Shown: positions 1-8,392 of the stretch, in pieces
Numbering within the stretch: position 1 is the stretch's first letter
Layout of the letters: each line of letters opens with the position of its first letter
Origin: Candidatus Coproplasma excrementigallinarum
GTDB lineage: Bacteria; Bacillota; Clostridia; Christensenellales; Borkfalkiaceae
NCBI GenBank assembly: GCA_018714625.1
Contig: DVNE01000009.1
Span: forward strand, 16,840-80,839
Direction of reading: 5' to 3'
Length of the DNA: 64,000 nucleotides
The notes under the pieces: generated by a model
The model's input: only the letters and a program-made list of their open reading frames with translations
The model's database searches: none
Told to the model about the DNA's origin: nothing
Translations under genes and position numbers: made by a program

Positions 1-1
1 C

Positions 2-1318
2 TGTTACAAGGGTGAAAGGTTCAATTCGCACAGCTGTGCCGCGCAGGTTGCGGCGTCGGGGGCGGTCGCCCTCGTCTGCGAAAAAAAGCTCAACTGTCCT
101 CTGCCGCAGATAATCGTCGGCGACGGCCGCGAAGCAATGACTGCCGCCGCGCGCGCCTTTTACGGCTTTTCAGATAAAAAACTTAAAATAGTGGCCGTGA
201 CAGGCACCAACGGCAAGACCACTACAACGTATATGCTCAATTCCATATTTGGCGCGGCAGGTCTGAGCGCGGGCGTCATCGGTACGCTCGGCATATCGTT
301 TGCAGGCAGGTTCATTTCGCCCGAACTCACCACGCCCGACCCCATATATCTGCATTCGGTGTTCAAAGATATGGCCGATTGCGGCGTCAAGTATGTATTC
401 ATGGAAGTTTCGGCGCACGCGCTTAAATTCAACAAGATTGCAGGCATCACTTTCGAGGCGGGCATATTCACCAACTGTACGCAGGATCATCTCGACTTTT
501 TCCAGAACATGAAGGAGTATGCCGAGTGCAAAAAGAGCCTCTTCCGCGGAGGGAAGTGCCGTTTTTCGGTAATAAATTCCGATGACCCCGTAGGCAGGGA
601 GATAACGGCGTTTGCCCCTTCGCCCGTGACGTACGGCCTTAAAAATCCTGCCGACGTGTTTGCCGTGGACATAGAGGAGCGGATAGACGGAGTATCGTTT
701 GTTCTCAACCTCTTTGACGAGCTTTATGAAATAAACCTGCAAATGCCTGCCCTGCACAATGTGAGCAACGCCATGGCGGCGGCCGCCTGCGCAAAGGTTA
801 TGGGCGTACCCACCGAAAAAATTGCCGAGGGGCTTGAAGGGCTGTGCAGCGTTCCCGGCAGACTGGAGTGCGTAGGCAGTTACAACGGCGCATATATCTT
901 CGTGGACTTTGCGCATACGCCCGACGGACTGGAAAAATCGCTCGCCTCGCTTAAAAAGCTGTGCAAGGGCAAACTTTACTGTCTGTTCGGGTGCGGCGGA
1001 AACCGCGACAGCACAAAGCGGCCGCTTATGGGCAAGGTCGCCGCGGAGTATGCCGATTTCTGCATAATTACCTCAGATAACCCCCGCTATGAAGACCCGT
1101 ACGACATAATAAGCCAGATAGAGGAGGGGTTGCGCCCTTCGGGCAAGGCGTATGTGACCGTGACCGACAGGCAGACTGCAACCGAATATGCCGTCAGGCT
1201 TTTAAAGGAGGGCGACATTCTGCTGGTTGCAGGCAAGGGCGGAGAAAATTATCAGGAAGTCATGGGTATAAAACACAGTTATAGTGACAATACGGTAATA
1301 AAAAATATAATCGGCTGA
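2..1318 (+). CDS. murE: UDP-N-acetylmuramoyl-L-alanyl-D-glutamate--2,6-diaminopimelate ligase (MurE), 5'-truncated by the window edge
   Basis: The reading frame is open to the left edge; frame 2 continues upstream of the Met at 137 (...QIIVGDGREAMTAAARAF). Mur-ligase P-loop VTGTNGKTTT. The DNPR motif at 1076-1087 is typical of meso-DAP-adding MurE. mraY follows directly. Confidence 0.9.
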   Translation, partial: CYKGERFNSHSCAAQVAASGAVALVCEKKLNCPLPQIIVGDGREAMTAAARAFYGFSDKKLKIVAVTGTNGKTTTTYMLNSIFGAAGLSAGVIGTLGISFAGRFISPELTTPDPIYLHSVFKDMADCGVKYVFMEVSAHALKFNKIAGITFEAGIFTNCTQDHLDFFQNMKEYAECKKSLFRGGKCRFSVINSDDPVGREITAFAPSPVTYGLKNPADVFAVDIEERIDGVSFVLNLFDELYEINLQMPALHNVSNAMAAAACAKVMGVPTEKIAEGLEGLCSVPGRLECVGSYNGAYIFVDFAHTPDGLEKSLASLKKLCKGKLYCLFGCGGNRDSTKRPLMGKVAAEYADFCIITSDNPRYEDPYDIISQIEEGLRPSGKAYVTVTDRQTATEYAVRLLKEGDILLVAGKGGENYQEVMGIKHSYSDNTVIKNIIG

Positions 1319-1322
1319 AAAG

Positions 1323-2264
1323 ATGAATATGGCTTATGCTGCCGTACTTACGGCATTTTTATTATCGCTCGTCCTCTGTCTGCTGCTCAGGCCGCTTTTA
1401 AAAAAGCTCAAGGCGGGGCAGTATATTCTCGGCTACGTAAAGGAGCACAAAAACAAGAGCGGCACGCCCACAATGGGCGGGCTGGCTTTTGTGTGTGCGG
1501 CGGTGGTCGTGTGCTTTATTTTCTGCGGCTTTCGTTCGGTAACGGTAAACCTTACGCTTGTAATAACGGCAGGGTACTGCCTTGTGGGCTTTGCCGACGA
1601 CTTTCTCAAAATTTACCGCAAGGACAACCTCGGTCTCAGGCCGTACCAGAAGATAATTTTCCAGTGCGCGATAGCGGGCATAGCCGCCGCATACTGCTAT
1701 GTAAACAAGCTCACGGAGCTTAAAATACCTTTCGTTCAGGTGAGCGTGGATATAGGCTGGGGTATAATACCGCTCGTTGTGTTCGTCTTTCTTGCAACGG
1801 TCAACTGCGTAAATCTCACCGACGGGCTGGACGGGCTTGCAGGCGGCACTTCGTTTGCCTACCTTGCGGCGATGGGCGCGCTTCTCGCCTCTTCTGGCGG
1901 AACATTCTTTTATGTGCCGCTTGCTATGTGCGGCGCGCTTGCCGCTTTTCTTATCTTCAACACCAACAGAGCATCTGTCTTTATGGGCGACACGGGTTCG
2001 CTCGCCCTCGGCGCGCTTATAAGCTGCGTATCCGTCTTTTCCGGCAATCTGCTGTATATTCCCGTTATCGGCATAATGTTTGTAATTTCGGGAATATCCG
2101 TAATATTGCAGGTAATATACTATAAGCGGACGAAGCGCAGAATATTTTTGATGTCGCCCGTCCATCATCATTTTCAGATGAAAGGTTATGCCGAGAGCAA
2201 GGTCTCCTACGTATATTTTGCCGTTACGCTTGCGGCGGGACTGCTCGTTTTAACCTTTTCGTGA
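1323..2264 (+). CDS. mraY: phospho-N-acetylmuramoyl-pentapeptide transferase
   Basis: 313-aa polytopic membrane protein with MraY motifs GTPTMGG, NLTDGLDGLA, MGDTGSLALG and PVHHHF. It sits in the dcw-cluster position after murE. Confidence 0.95.
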   Translation: MNMAYAAVLTAFLLSLVLCLLLRPLLKKLKAGQYILGYVKEHKNKSGTPTMGGLAFVCAAVVVCFIFCGFRSVTVNLTLVITAGYCLVGFADDFLKIYRKDNLGLRPYQKIIFQCAIAGIAAAYCYVNKLTELKIPFVQVSVDIGWGIIPLVVFVFLATVNCVNLTDGLDGLAGGTSFAYLAAMGALLASSGGTFFYVPLAMCGALAAFLIFNTNRASVFMGDTGSLALGALISCVSVFSGNLLYIPVIGIMFVISGISVILQVIYYKRTKRRIFLMSPVHHHFQMKGYAESKVSYVYFAVTLAAGLLVLTFS

Positions 2265-3625
2265 GGTGGATTTTGTATTTTAAAAATCAGAAGTTTCTCG
2301 TTGCGGGAATGTCAAAATCGGGCGAAAGTTCTGCCCGTTTTCTTTTGCGCAGGGGTGCAGACGTATGGGTGTACGACGACGTCGACAGCGAAAAGATTAC
2401 CGCCGTATGCGAAGGGCTTGAAAAGCTCGGCGCACACAGGGTGGAGGCGGACGGGCTTGAGCGCGCGGTAAACGCCTGCGACGTGCTCGTTTTAAGTCCG
2501 GGGATACCGATAGATAATTCCCTGCCCGTATCGTTCAGACGGCAGGGCAAGTGCATAATAGGCGAGGAGGAGCTTGGCGCGCTGTATCTGCGCGCTACGG
2601 CCATAGCCGTAACGGGCACCAACGGCAAGACGACTACCGTTTCCATGATAGACGAGATTTTAAAGCGCGCAGGCAAAAATTCCGTGCAGTGCGGCAATGT
2701 GGGCAATCCGCTCGTATCGGAGGTGGAAAATCTGACTTTCGATGATTTTGCCGTTATAGAAATTTCCTCCTTTCAGCTGGAAACGCTGTCTTCTCTGCGG
2801 CCGCACGCCGCGGTTATAACAAACATAACCGAAGACCACCTTAACCGCCACTACAATATGGAGAATTACATATTTCTGAAGAGTAAAATACTGCGCAACC
2901 TCCGCGGCAGCGAATACGCCGTGCTCAATTACGACGACCCCATTGTGCGGGCGTTTGCCGAAAAGACGAGGAGCAGAGTGATATTCTTTTCCATGACGCC
3001 CCGTTCAGACGGCGTCTGGTTTGAAAACGGCGCCGTCTACTGCGAGGGCGAGAGGATTTTTTCGGCCTCGGACATGAAGACGGAGGGAACGCACAACATA
3101 TACAATGCGCTTGCGGCGATAGCGGCCGCCCATACCCTGGGCATAGACCTGAGCGTGGCGGCGGAGGCGGTATGTTCCTTCAAGGGCGTCCGCCACAGAA
3201 TAGAGACGGTGCTCGAACGCGACGGTAAGACATACATAGACGACAGCAAGGGCACTAATTCCGACGCGACTATAAAGGCGGTGGAGAGTATGCGTCGGGA
3301 AACGGTGCTTATGCTCGGCGGCAAGGATAAGGGGTACGACTATTTCCCGCTCTTCAAAAAACTGTGCGACAGCAAGGTGGTGCACGCCGTTTTATACGGC
3401 GAAAACAGATTTAAGCTGCTTGCCGCCGCCGAGCAGGCGGGGTTCAGCAATATCTCGCTCTGCAACGACTTCGCGCTCGCGGTAAAAATCGCCGACCATG
3501 TCGCACATTCGGGTCAGAATGTGCTTTTAAGCCCTGCAAGCTCGAGCTTTGACGAGTTTTCGGGGTATGAAGAGCGCGGCGATACATTCTTAAAGCTGCT
3601 CAGGGACGGGAATGAAGGCGCCTGA
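2261..3625 (+). CDS. murD: UDP-N-acetylmuramoylalanine--D-glutamate ligase
   Basis: N-terminal Rossmann segment (FLVAGMSKSGES), Mur-ligase P-loop VTGTNGKTTT and a C-terminal Mur-ligase domain. The start overlaps the mraY stop by 4 nt. The exact start is uncertain (GTG 2261 or TTG 2273). Confidence 0.9.
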   Translation: MRWILYFKNQKFLVAGMSKSGESSARFLLRRGADVWVYDDVDSEKITAVCEGLEKLGAHRVEADGLERAVNACDVLVLSPGIPIDNSLPVSFRRQGKCIIGEEELGALYLRATAIAVTGTNGKTTTVSMIDEILKRAGKNSVQCGNVGNPLVSEVENLTFDDFAVIEISSFQLETLSSLRPHAAVITNITEDHLNRHYNMENYIFLKSKILRNLRGSEYAVLNYDDPIVRAFAEKTRSRVIFFSMTPRSDGVWFENGAVYCEGERIFSASDMKTEGTHNIYNALAAIAAAHTLGIDLSVAAEAVCSFKGVRHRIETVLERDGKTYIDDSKGTNSDATIKAVESMRRETVLMLGGKDKGYDYFPLFKKLCDSKVVHAVLYGENRFKLLAAAEQAGFSNISLCNDFALAVKIADHVAHSGQNVLLSPASSSFDEFSGYEERGDTFLKLLRDGNEGA

Positions 3626-4766
3626 ACTTCTCTTTTTACGGCGGCGCGGCAACAAGGGGGATATTTCCCTCATTGTATGCGTGTGCGCAATGGTGGCGTT
3701 CGGCTGCGTGATGATATACTCTGCCAGCTGCTACATAGGCAGGGTGCAGTACGGCGACAGTTTCTATTTTGTAAAAAAACAGCTTATCGGCGTGGCGTTC
3801 GGCGCTGTCGCCATGGCATTTTTCTGTTTTTTCCCCTATCGCAGGCTGTATAAATTCAGATACGCCGCGCTCGGGGTTTCGGTCGTCCTGCTCGCGCTCG
3901 TGTTTGTGCCGGGCGTGGGCGTTACCAACTACGGCGCCACCCGCTGGATAGGCTTCGGCTCGTTTACCATACAGCCCTCTGAAATAGCCAAGTATGCGTA
4001 TGCGCTGTTTGCCGCCGCATACTTTGCACGCAATGCCGCAAAGGTAAAAACTTTCCGCGGCGTATTGCCCGTGCTTGCGGCGGGGGTGTTGCTGTGCGTG
4101 CTCGTCATACTCGAGCCGAATATGTCAATCACCATGTGCATAGGCATTTTAATGCTTGCGCTCATATTTCTGAGTGGCACAAACATAAAAACGCTTGCGC
4201 TCGTGCTAATCCCCTGCGCTCTTGCAGTTCCTGCGCTGATTATTGCCGAACCTTACAGATTGCAGCGCCTTTCGGCGTTCCTTGACCCGTGGTCATCGCC
4301 GCTTGACGAGGGGTATCAGCTCATACAGTCGCTCTACGCCCTGGGAAACGGCGGAATGTTCGGCGTCGGACTTTTTAACTCCACACAGAAATACCGCTTT
4401 CTTCCCTTTGCCGAAAGTGACTTCATTCTTTCGGTCATGGGCGAGGAGCTCGGACTTGTGGGTATACTTCTGTTCTTTGCCGTGTGCGTATTTATAATCT
4501 GGCGCGGACTGCGCATTGCGCGCAGGTGTAAAACCCGCTTCGGGTATCTTCTGGCCGCAGGCTTTACGCTTGTGTATGGCATACAGGTGGCGGTAAACGC
4601 GCTCGTGGTGAGCGGCTCAATCCCGCCGACAGGTCTGCCGCTGCCGCTTATCTCCAGCGGCAACACCTCGCTGATAATAACAATGGCGTCGATGGGCGTG
4701 CTGTACAACATATCGCGCGGGGATGAAGAAAAGATGGCCTTGGAGGCGGAAAAGCCCGTCCGTTAA
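3612..4766 (+). CDS. ftsW: SEDS-family peptidoglycan glycosyltransferase (FtsW/SpoVE/RodA family)
   Basis: 384-aa, roughly 10-TM protein with SEDS signatures (QPSEIAKYA, ESDFILSVMGEELGLVG, PLPLISSGNTS). It overlaps the murD 3' end and sits in the dcw position. Confidence 0.85.
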   Translation: MKAPELLFLRRRGNKGDISLIVCVCAMVAFGCVMIYSASCYIGRVQYGDSFYFVKKQLIGVAFGAVAMAFFCFFPYRRLYKFRYAALGVSVVLLALVFVPGVGVTNYGATRWIGFGSFTIQPSEIAKYAYALFAAAYFARNAAKVKTFRGVLPVLAAGVLLCVLVILEPNMSITMCIGILMLALIFLSGTNIKTLALVLIPCALAVPALIIAEPYRLQRLSAFLDPWSSPLDEGYQLIQSLYALGNGGMFGVGLFNSTQKYRFLPFAESDFILSVMGEELGLVGILLFFAVCVFIIWRGLRIARRCKTRFGYLLAAGFTLVYGIQVAVNALVVSGSIPPTGLPLPLISSGNTSLIITMASMGVLYNISRGDEEKMALEAEKPVR

Positions 4767-4792
4767 CATTAAATTTTTTTAATCCGTATAAT
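4763..4792 (+). promoter_or_regulatory. candidate sigma-A promoter upstream of murA (TTAACA-18-TATAAT)
   Basis: Hexamers at 4763-4768 and 4787-4792. The -35 element overlaps the ftsW stop codon. Confidence 0.4.
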
Positions 4793-4807
4793 AAACTAAC
4801 ACAAGGT

Positions 4808-4860
4808 GCGCCGTCTGTCTGCGCGCCGCACGCCTGCGTGCGGCGCACGGCGCGTTTATT
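4808..4860 (+). other. nested GC-rich stem-loop followed by GTTTATTAT (terminator/attenuator-like) between ftsW and murA
   Basis: Inner stem GCGCCGCAC (4823-4831) pairs with GTGCGGCGC (4838-4846). Outer stem GCGCCGT (4808-4814) pairs with ACGGCGC (4847-4853). A T-rich tract follows. Confidence 0.5.
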
Positions 4861-4879
4861 ATACATACTCGGAGATGAT

Positions 4880-6136
4880 ATGGAAAAATATATTGTTAAC
4901 GGAGGGAATAAGTTATACGGCGAAGTCAGGATACAAACGGCCAAAAATTCCGTTCTGCCCATTCTCGCCGCGGCCGTTCTCACCGATGAAAAGGTGCGGA
5001 TACTCAATGCTCCTCACATATCCGATGTGAGCAACATGGTGCGCATACTTACCTGCCTCGGGTGCAGGGTGGTCTACGACGGCGAGGACATAATTACCGA
5101 CAGCTCCGCCGCGGATTGCTTTGAAATCCCGCGGGCACTCGCGCACGAGCTGCGCTCTTCCGTATTCCTCCTCGGCCCGGTAATCGCGCGCTTCGGCAGG
5201 GCAAAGATAGCCTACCCCGGCGGGTGCGATATAGGGCTGCGCCCGGTAGATCTTCATCTCAACGGATTAAAGCGGCTCGGCGTGCATATAACCGAGAGCA
5301 ACGGCTACATACTCTGTAGGTGCGAAAAGCTGGTCGGCAACGAAATAATGCTCGACTGCCCCAGCGTGGGCGCAACCGAAAACATAATGCTCGCGGCCGT
5401 CAAGGCCGAGGGTGAAACGGTAATAAAGAACGCCGCCCGCGAACCGGAGATAGAGGATTTGCAGAAATTTCTCAATTACATAGGCTGCAAGGTGCGCGGA
5501 GCGGGAAGCGGAACGGTTGTGGTGGAGGGCGTAAAAAAGTTGCGAGGCGGAAGTTTTCAGCCGATGGCGGACAGAATAGAGGCGGGCACGTTTCTTATTG
5601 CCGCCGCCATGTGCGGGGGAGAGATTACGGCAACGGGCGCGTGCAGCGAAAATATAAGCTCGCTTTTGCATAAACTTAGGGAAAACGGTTGCAAAATATA
5701 TGCAAAAAATGATAAAATATATTTAAAGCGAAACGGCGGGCTGATTTCTGTCAAGTCGATAGAAACTCAGCCATATCCCGGATTTCCCACAGACCTTCAG
5801 GCTCAGATGACCGCCCTGTGCTGCATATGCAAGGGGCAGTCGATAGTAACTGAAAATCTGTTTGAAACGCGCTTCAAATACGTGCCCGAGCTGCGCAAAA
5901 TGGGTGCAGACATAACTGTTGTCGGCAGAAACGCATTTGTGCGCGGAACGGAAAAGTTCAACGGCGCGACGGTTGTTGCGTGCGACCTGCGCGGAGGCGC
6001 GGCGCTCGTGCTTGCCGCTCTTGCGGCCGAGGGCAGAAGCGAAGTTCTGGATATTTCACACACGGACAGAGGCTACGGCAATTTTGAATACAAGTTGCGC
6101 GGGCTGGGCGCCGACATTGTAAGAACGGCCGTTTAA
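4880..6136 (+). CDS. murA: UDP-N-acetylglucosamine 1-carboxyvinyltransferase
   Basis: MurA/EPSP-synthase fold: KNSVLPILAAAVL, catalytic Cys loop YPGGCDIGLRPVDLH, and HTDRGY near the C-terminus. I moved the start to ATG 4880 (GGAG at 4871-4874) because the upstream part of the tracked ORF lies inside a GC-rich hairpin. Confidence 0.9.
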   Translation: MEKYIVNGGNKLYGEVRIQTAKNSVLPILAAAVLTDEKVRILNAPHISDVSNMVRILTCLGCRVVYDGEDIITDSSAADCFEIPRALAHELRSSVFLLGPVIARFGRAKIAYPGGCDIGLRPVDLHLNGLKRLGVHITESNGYILCRCEKLVGNEIMLDCPSVGATENIMLAAVKAEGETVIKNAAREPEIEDLQKFLNYIGCKVRGAGSGTVVVEGVKKLRGGSFQPMADRIEAGTFLIAAAMCGGEITATGACSENISSLLHKLRENGCKIYAKNDKIYLKRNGGLISVKSIETQPYPGFPTDLQAQMTALCCICKGQSIVTENLFETRFKYVPELRKMGADITVVGRNAFVRGTEKFNGATVVACDLRGGAALVLAALAAEGRSEVLDISHTDRGYGNFEYKLRGLGADIVRTAV

Positions 6137-6177
6137 CTACTTTACGAAAAATTGCGCGCCTGCGCTTCGGAGAAACT

Positions 6178-6954
6178 ATGAAGTACATAAGAAAGGCCAT
6201 CGTGCTCATACTCGTCGCTGTATTCATTGCGGCGATAGCGGTGGGGCTGAGCGTGGTATTTGCCGTACGTAACATAAACATAATCCGCGTTGCCTACTCG
6301 GTCGGGGGTGCGGAGGGCGGCTCAGAGGAGTTTTCCTCGGCAGTATCTTCCATCGAAGACGGACTTTCGCAGTATAAAGGCAAGACGATAGTCACCGTCG
6401 GCGAAGACGATATTGCCGCGGTGGTGGCGGGCAGCGGCTATGCCGAACTCGTCTCGGTCGAAAAGATTTATCCCTGCACTATAAACGTCACCGTCCGCGA
6501 AAGGGTGGAGATGTTTGCCGTGCGCCTTGAGGACGGTTCGGGCTACAATATGCTCGATGCCGCCTGCAAAACCGTTGCAATCTCGCCTGAAAATGCAAAC
6601 AATGCCGATGGCTCGCCCAACGTTCTTCTTGAGTGCGTTCCCGCAGAAGACTATTCTTCTGTGACGGGAATAGCAAAGCTCTTTGAAGAGAGGTTTTCTT
6701 CAGTCCGTGCGTTTGCCGAGAGCATTTCTGTGGTGAGCGGCGCGGTCGGCGGTGATGTGATGAGCATAAAACTGCGTTGCGGCCTTACCATGGAGCTGCG
6801 CGACTACAAGAGCAGAACGCTTGAAAAGGCCGAGGCTCTGTGCGACGCATTCAGCCGCATTGACGACAGTCTTAAATTGGGCGGTACAATGTACTGCGTG
6901 CAGACGGTTTCGGGCAATCTTTCAGTTGCCATAACGGGCGTCGGAACGGTGTAA
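6178..6954 (+). CDS. ftsQ: FtsQ/DivIB-like cell-division protein
   Basis: Short cytoplasmic N-terminus, a single TM helix (AIVLILVAVFIAAIAVGLSVVFAV) and an extracytoplasmic domain of about 220 aa. It sits immediately upstream of ftsA/ftsZ. The sequence is divergent, so the call rests mostly on topology and position. Confidence 0.6.
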   Translation: MKYIRKAIVLILVAVFIAAIAVGLSVVFAVRNINIIRVAYSVGGAEGGSEEFSSAVSSIEDGLSQYKGKTIVTVGEDDIAAVVAGSGYAELVSVEKIYPCTINVTVRERVEMFAVRLEDGSGYNMLDAACKTVAISPENANNADGSPNVLLECVPAEDYSSVTGIAKLFEERFSSVRAFAESISVVSGAVGGDVMSIKLRCGLTMELRDYKSRTLEKAEALCDAFSRIDDSLKLGGTMYCVQTVSGNLSVAITGVGTV

Positions 6955-6974
6955 AAAATCAATTTTTATATTTT

Positions 6975-7016
6975 AACGGCGTGCGGCAGTTTCTTTTCTG
7001 CCGCACGCCGTTATTT
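6975..7016 (+). terminator. rho-independent terminator after ftsQ
   Basis: 15-bp perfect stem AACGGCGTGCGGCAG / CTGCCGCACGCCGTT with an 8-nt loop, followed by ATTT. Confidence 0.8.
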
Positions 7017-7050
7017 AAAGGGCTCAGACGCACTTTTTTTATATATTTTC

Positions 7051-7079
7051 TTGACTTTTGCGCGACACTATTATATAAT
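7051..7079 (+). promoter_or_regulatory. sigma-A-type promoter of ftsA-ftsZ (TTGACT-17-TATAAT)
   Basis: Near-consensus hexamers at 7051-7056 and 7074-7079 with a 17-nt spacer, about 60 nt upstream of the ftsA start. Confidence 0.7.
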
Positions 7080-7138
7080 CAATATATAGCGGCATAAAAA
7101 AATCGCCGCAGGCAAAAAAGTTTTTTTCAGGGGTCTGT

Positions 7139-8287
7139 ATGCTTAAAAAAAGCGTCGCGGCGGTCGATATCCGCTCCTCCTCAATCACGGCAGTAGTGGC
7201 CGAGCGCGGAGTTAACGGAACATTCGTTATAAAGAGCAAGTTTTCCTGCTCATACGATGGGTATGCCGAAGGTCAGCTTCTCGACGTCGACGGCTTTTCG
7301 CGTGCGCTTGCCTCGGTGGTAAAAAGTACGCTTGCAGCCGCGGGCGACAGGGTAAAGTCGCTCTATGTGGGCGTCCCGGGCGAGTTCCTCAGACTTATGG
7401 GCACGGATAACGTAATAACTTTTCCCTCGCTCAAAAAGGTGGGCAGGTCGGAGCTTAAATCGCTCGAAAGCGCCTCCGTTCCCGACGAGAGGGAGGGCTG
7501 GTATCTCATCCGTTCGGCCTGCCTTTACTACGTTCTCTCCGATATGAGGCGGGTGGTAGACCCTTCGGGTATGCTTACAGACAGTCTGCGCGGAAGATTT
7601 TGTCACTTCTTGTGCTCGTCCTCTTTCTGCGATTGTGTGGAAAAGGCGCTCGAAAGTTTTGCCGCCATATCTGAAATAAAATACATACCCATGCCTTACG
7701 CTGAGGGAATGTACCTCATTCCGCCCGAAAAGCGCGACGAATACGCAGTACTCTTCGATTTTGGCTCGATTTCTTCAACATATTCGGTGCTTTGCGGAAA
7801 CGGCGTGGCCTACACCGAAAGTTTTTCTCTCGGACTTGGCCATATAGCGCTCTATCTTACCGAAACTATGGACATGCCCTACGATGTGGCCATGGCAATG
7901 CTCGGCAAGGTAAATCTGAACTCTAAGGAGAGCGCGGGCGGCAACCTTGAATACTCCTACGAGGGCAAATTTTACAGCTATTCTGCCGTCGAGGTAAAGG
8001 AAAAGGTGCGCGAGGCTTTGGACGGTATCTGTGAAACGATAGAGGAGTGCCGCCAGAATTTCACAGAAAAGGAAATCGATTATAAAACAGTCTATTTTAC
8101 AGGCGAGTGCGCCGACAGGATAAGGGGCGCGGCAGACCACATAAGCGGCAGACTGGTAAGGTCGGTAAACATAGTAGCGCCCTCTGTGCCTTACTACAAC
8201 AAGCCGGAATTCAGCTCGCTTTTCAGCCTTATGGATATGGCGCTTAAGGACAGGGAAAATACTTCGATTTTTAAGTTTTTCAAATAA
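7139..8287 (+). CDS. ftsA: FtsA-family (actin-fold) cell-division protein, divergent
   Basis: Collinear by eye with B. subtilis FtsA (VAAVDIRSSSITAVVAE vs YVSLDIGTSNTKVIVGE; AVLFDFGSISST vs ALIDIGGGSTT; YFTGECA vs VLTGGQA). C-terminal amphipathic tail IFKFFK. It occupies the slot between ftsQ and ftsZ. The glycine motifs are degenerate (see findings). Confidence 0.65.
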   Translation: MLKKSVAAVDIRSSSITAVVAERGVNGTFVIKSKFSCSYDGYAEGQLLDVDGFSRALASVVKSTLAAAGDRVKSLYVGVPGEFLRLMGTDNVITFPSLKKVGRSELKSLESASVPDEREGWYLIRSACLYYVLSDMRRVVDPSGMLTDSLRGRFCHFLCSSSFCDCVEKALESFAAISEIKYIPMPYAEGMYLIPPEKRDEYAVLFDFGSISSTYSVLCGNGVAYTESFSLGLGHIALYLTETMDMPYDVAMAMLGKVNLNSKESAGGNLEYSYEGKFYSYSAVEVKEKVREALDGICETIEECRQNFTEKEIDYKTVYFTGECADRIRGAADHISGRLVRSVNIVAPSVPYYNKPEFSSLFSLMDMALKDRENTSIFKFFK

Positions 8288-8392
8288 AAGTTTACAAAAA
8301 ACCAGGCCAATTATACAGCGAATTTAAGTTTTAAAGCTTTTTAAAATAAATTTTTTAAAAAAAGACCACAAGTCATACAACGGAGGTTGAAA

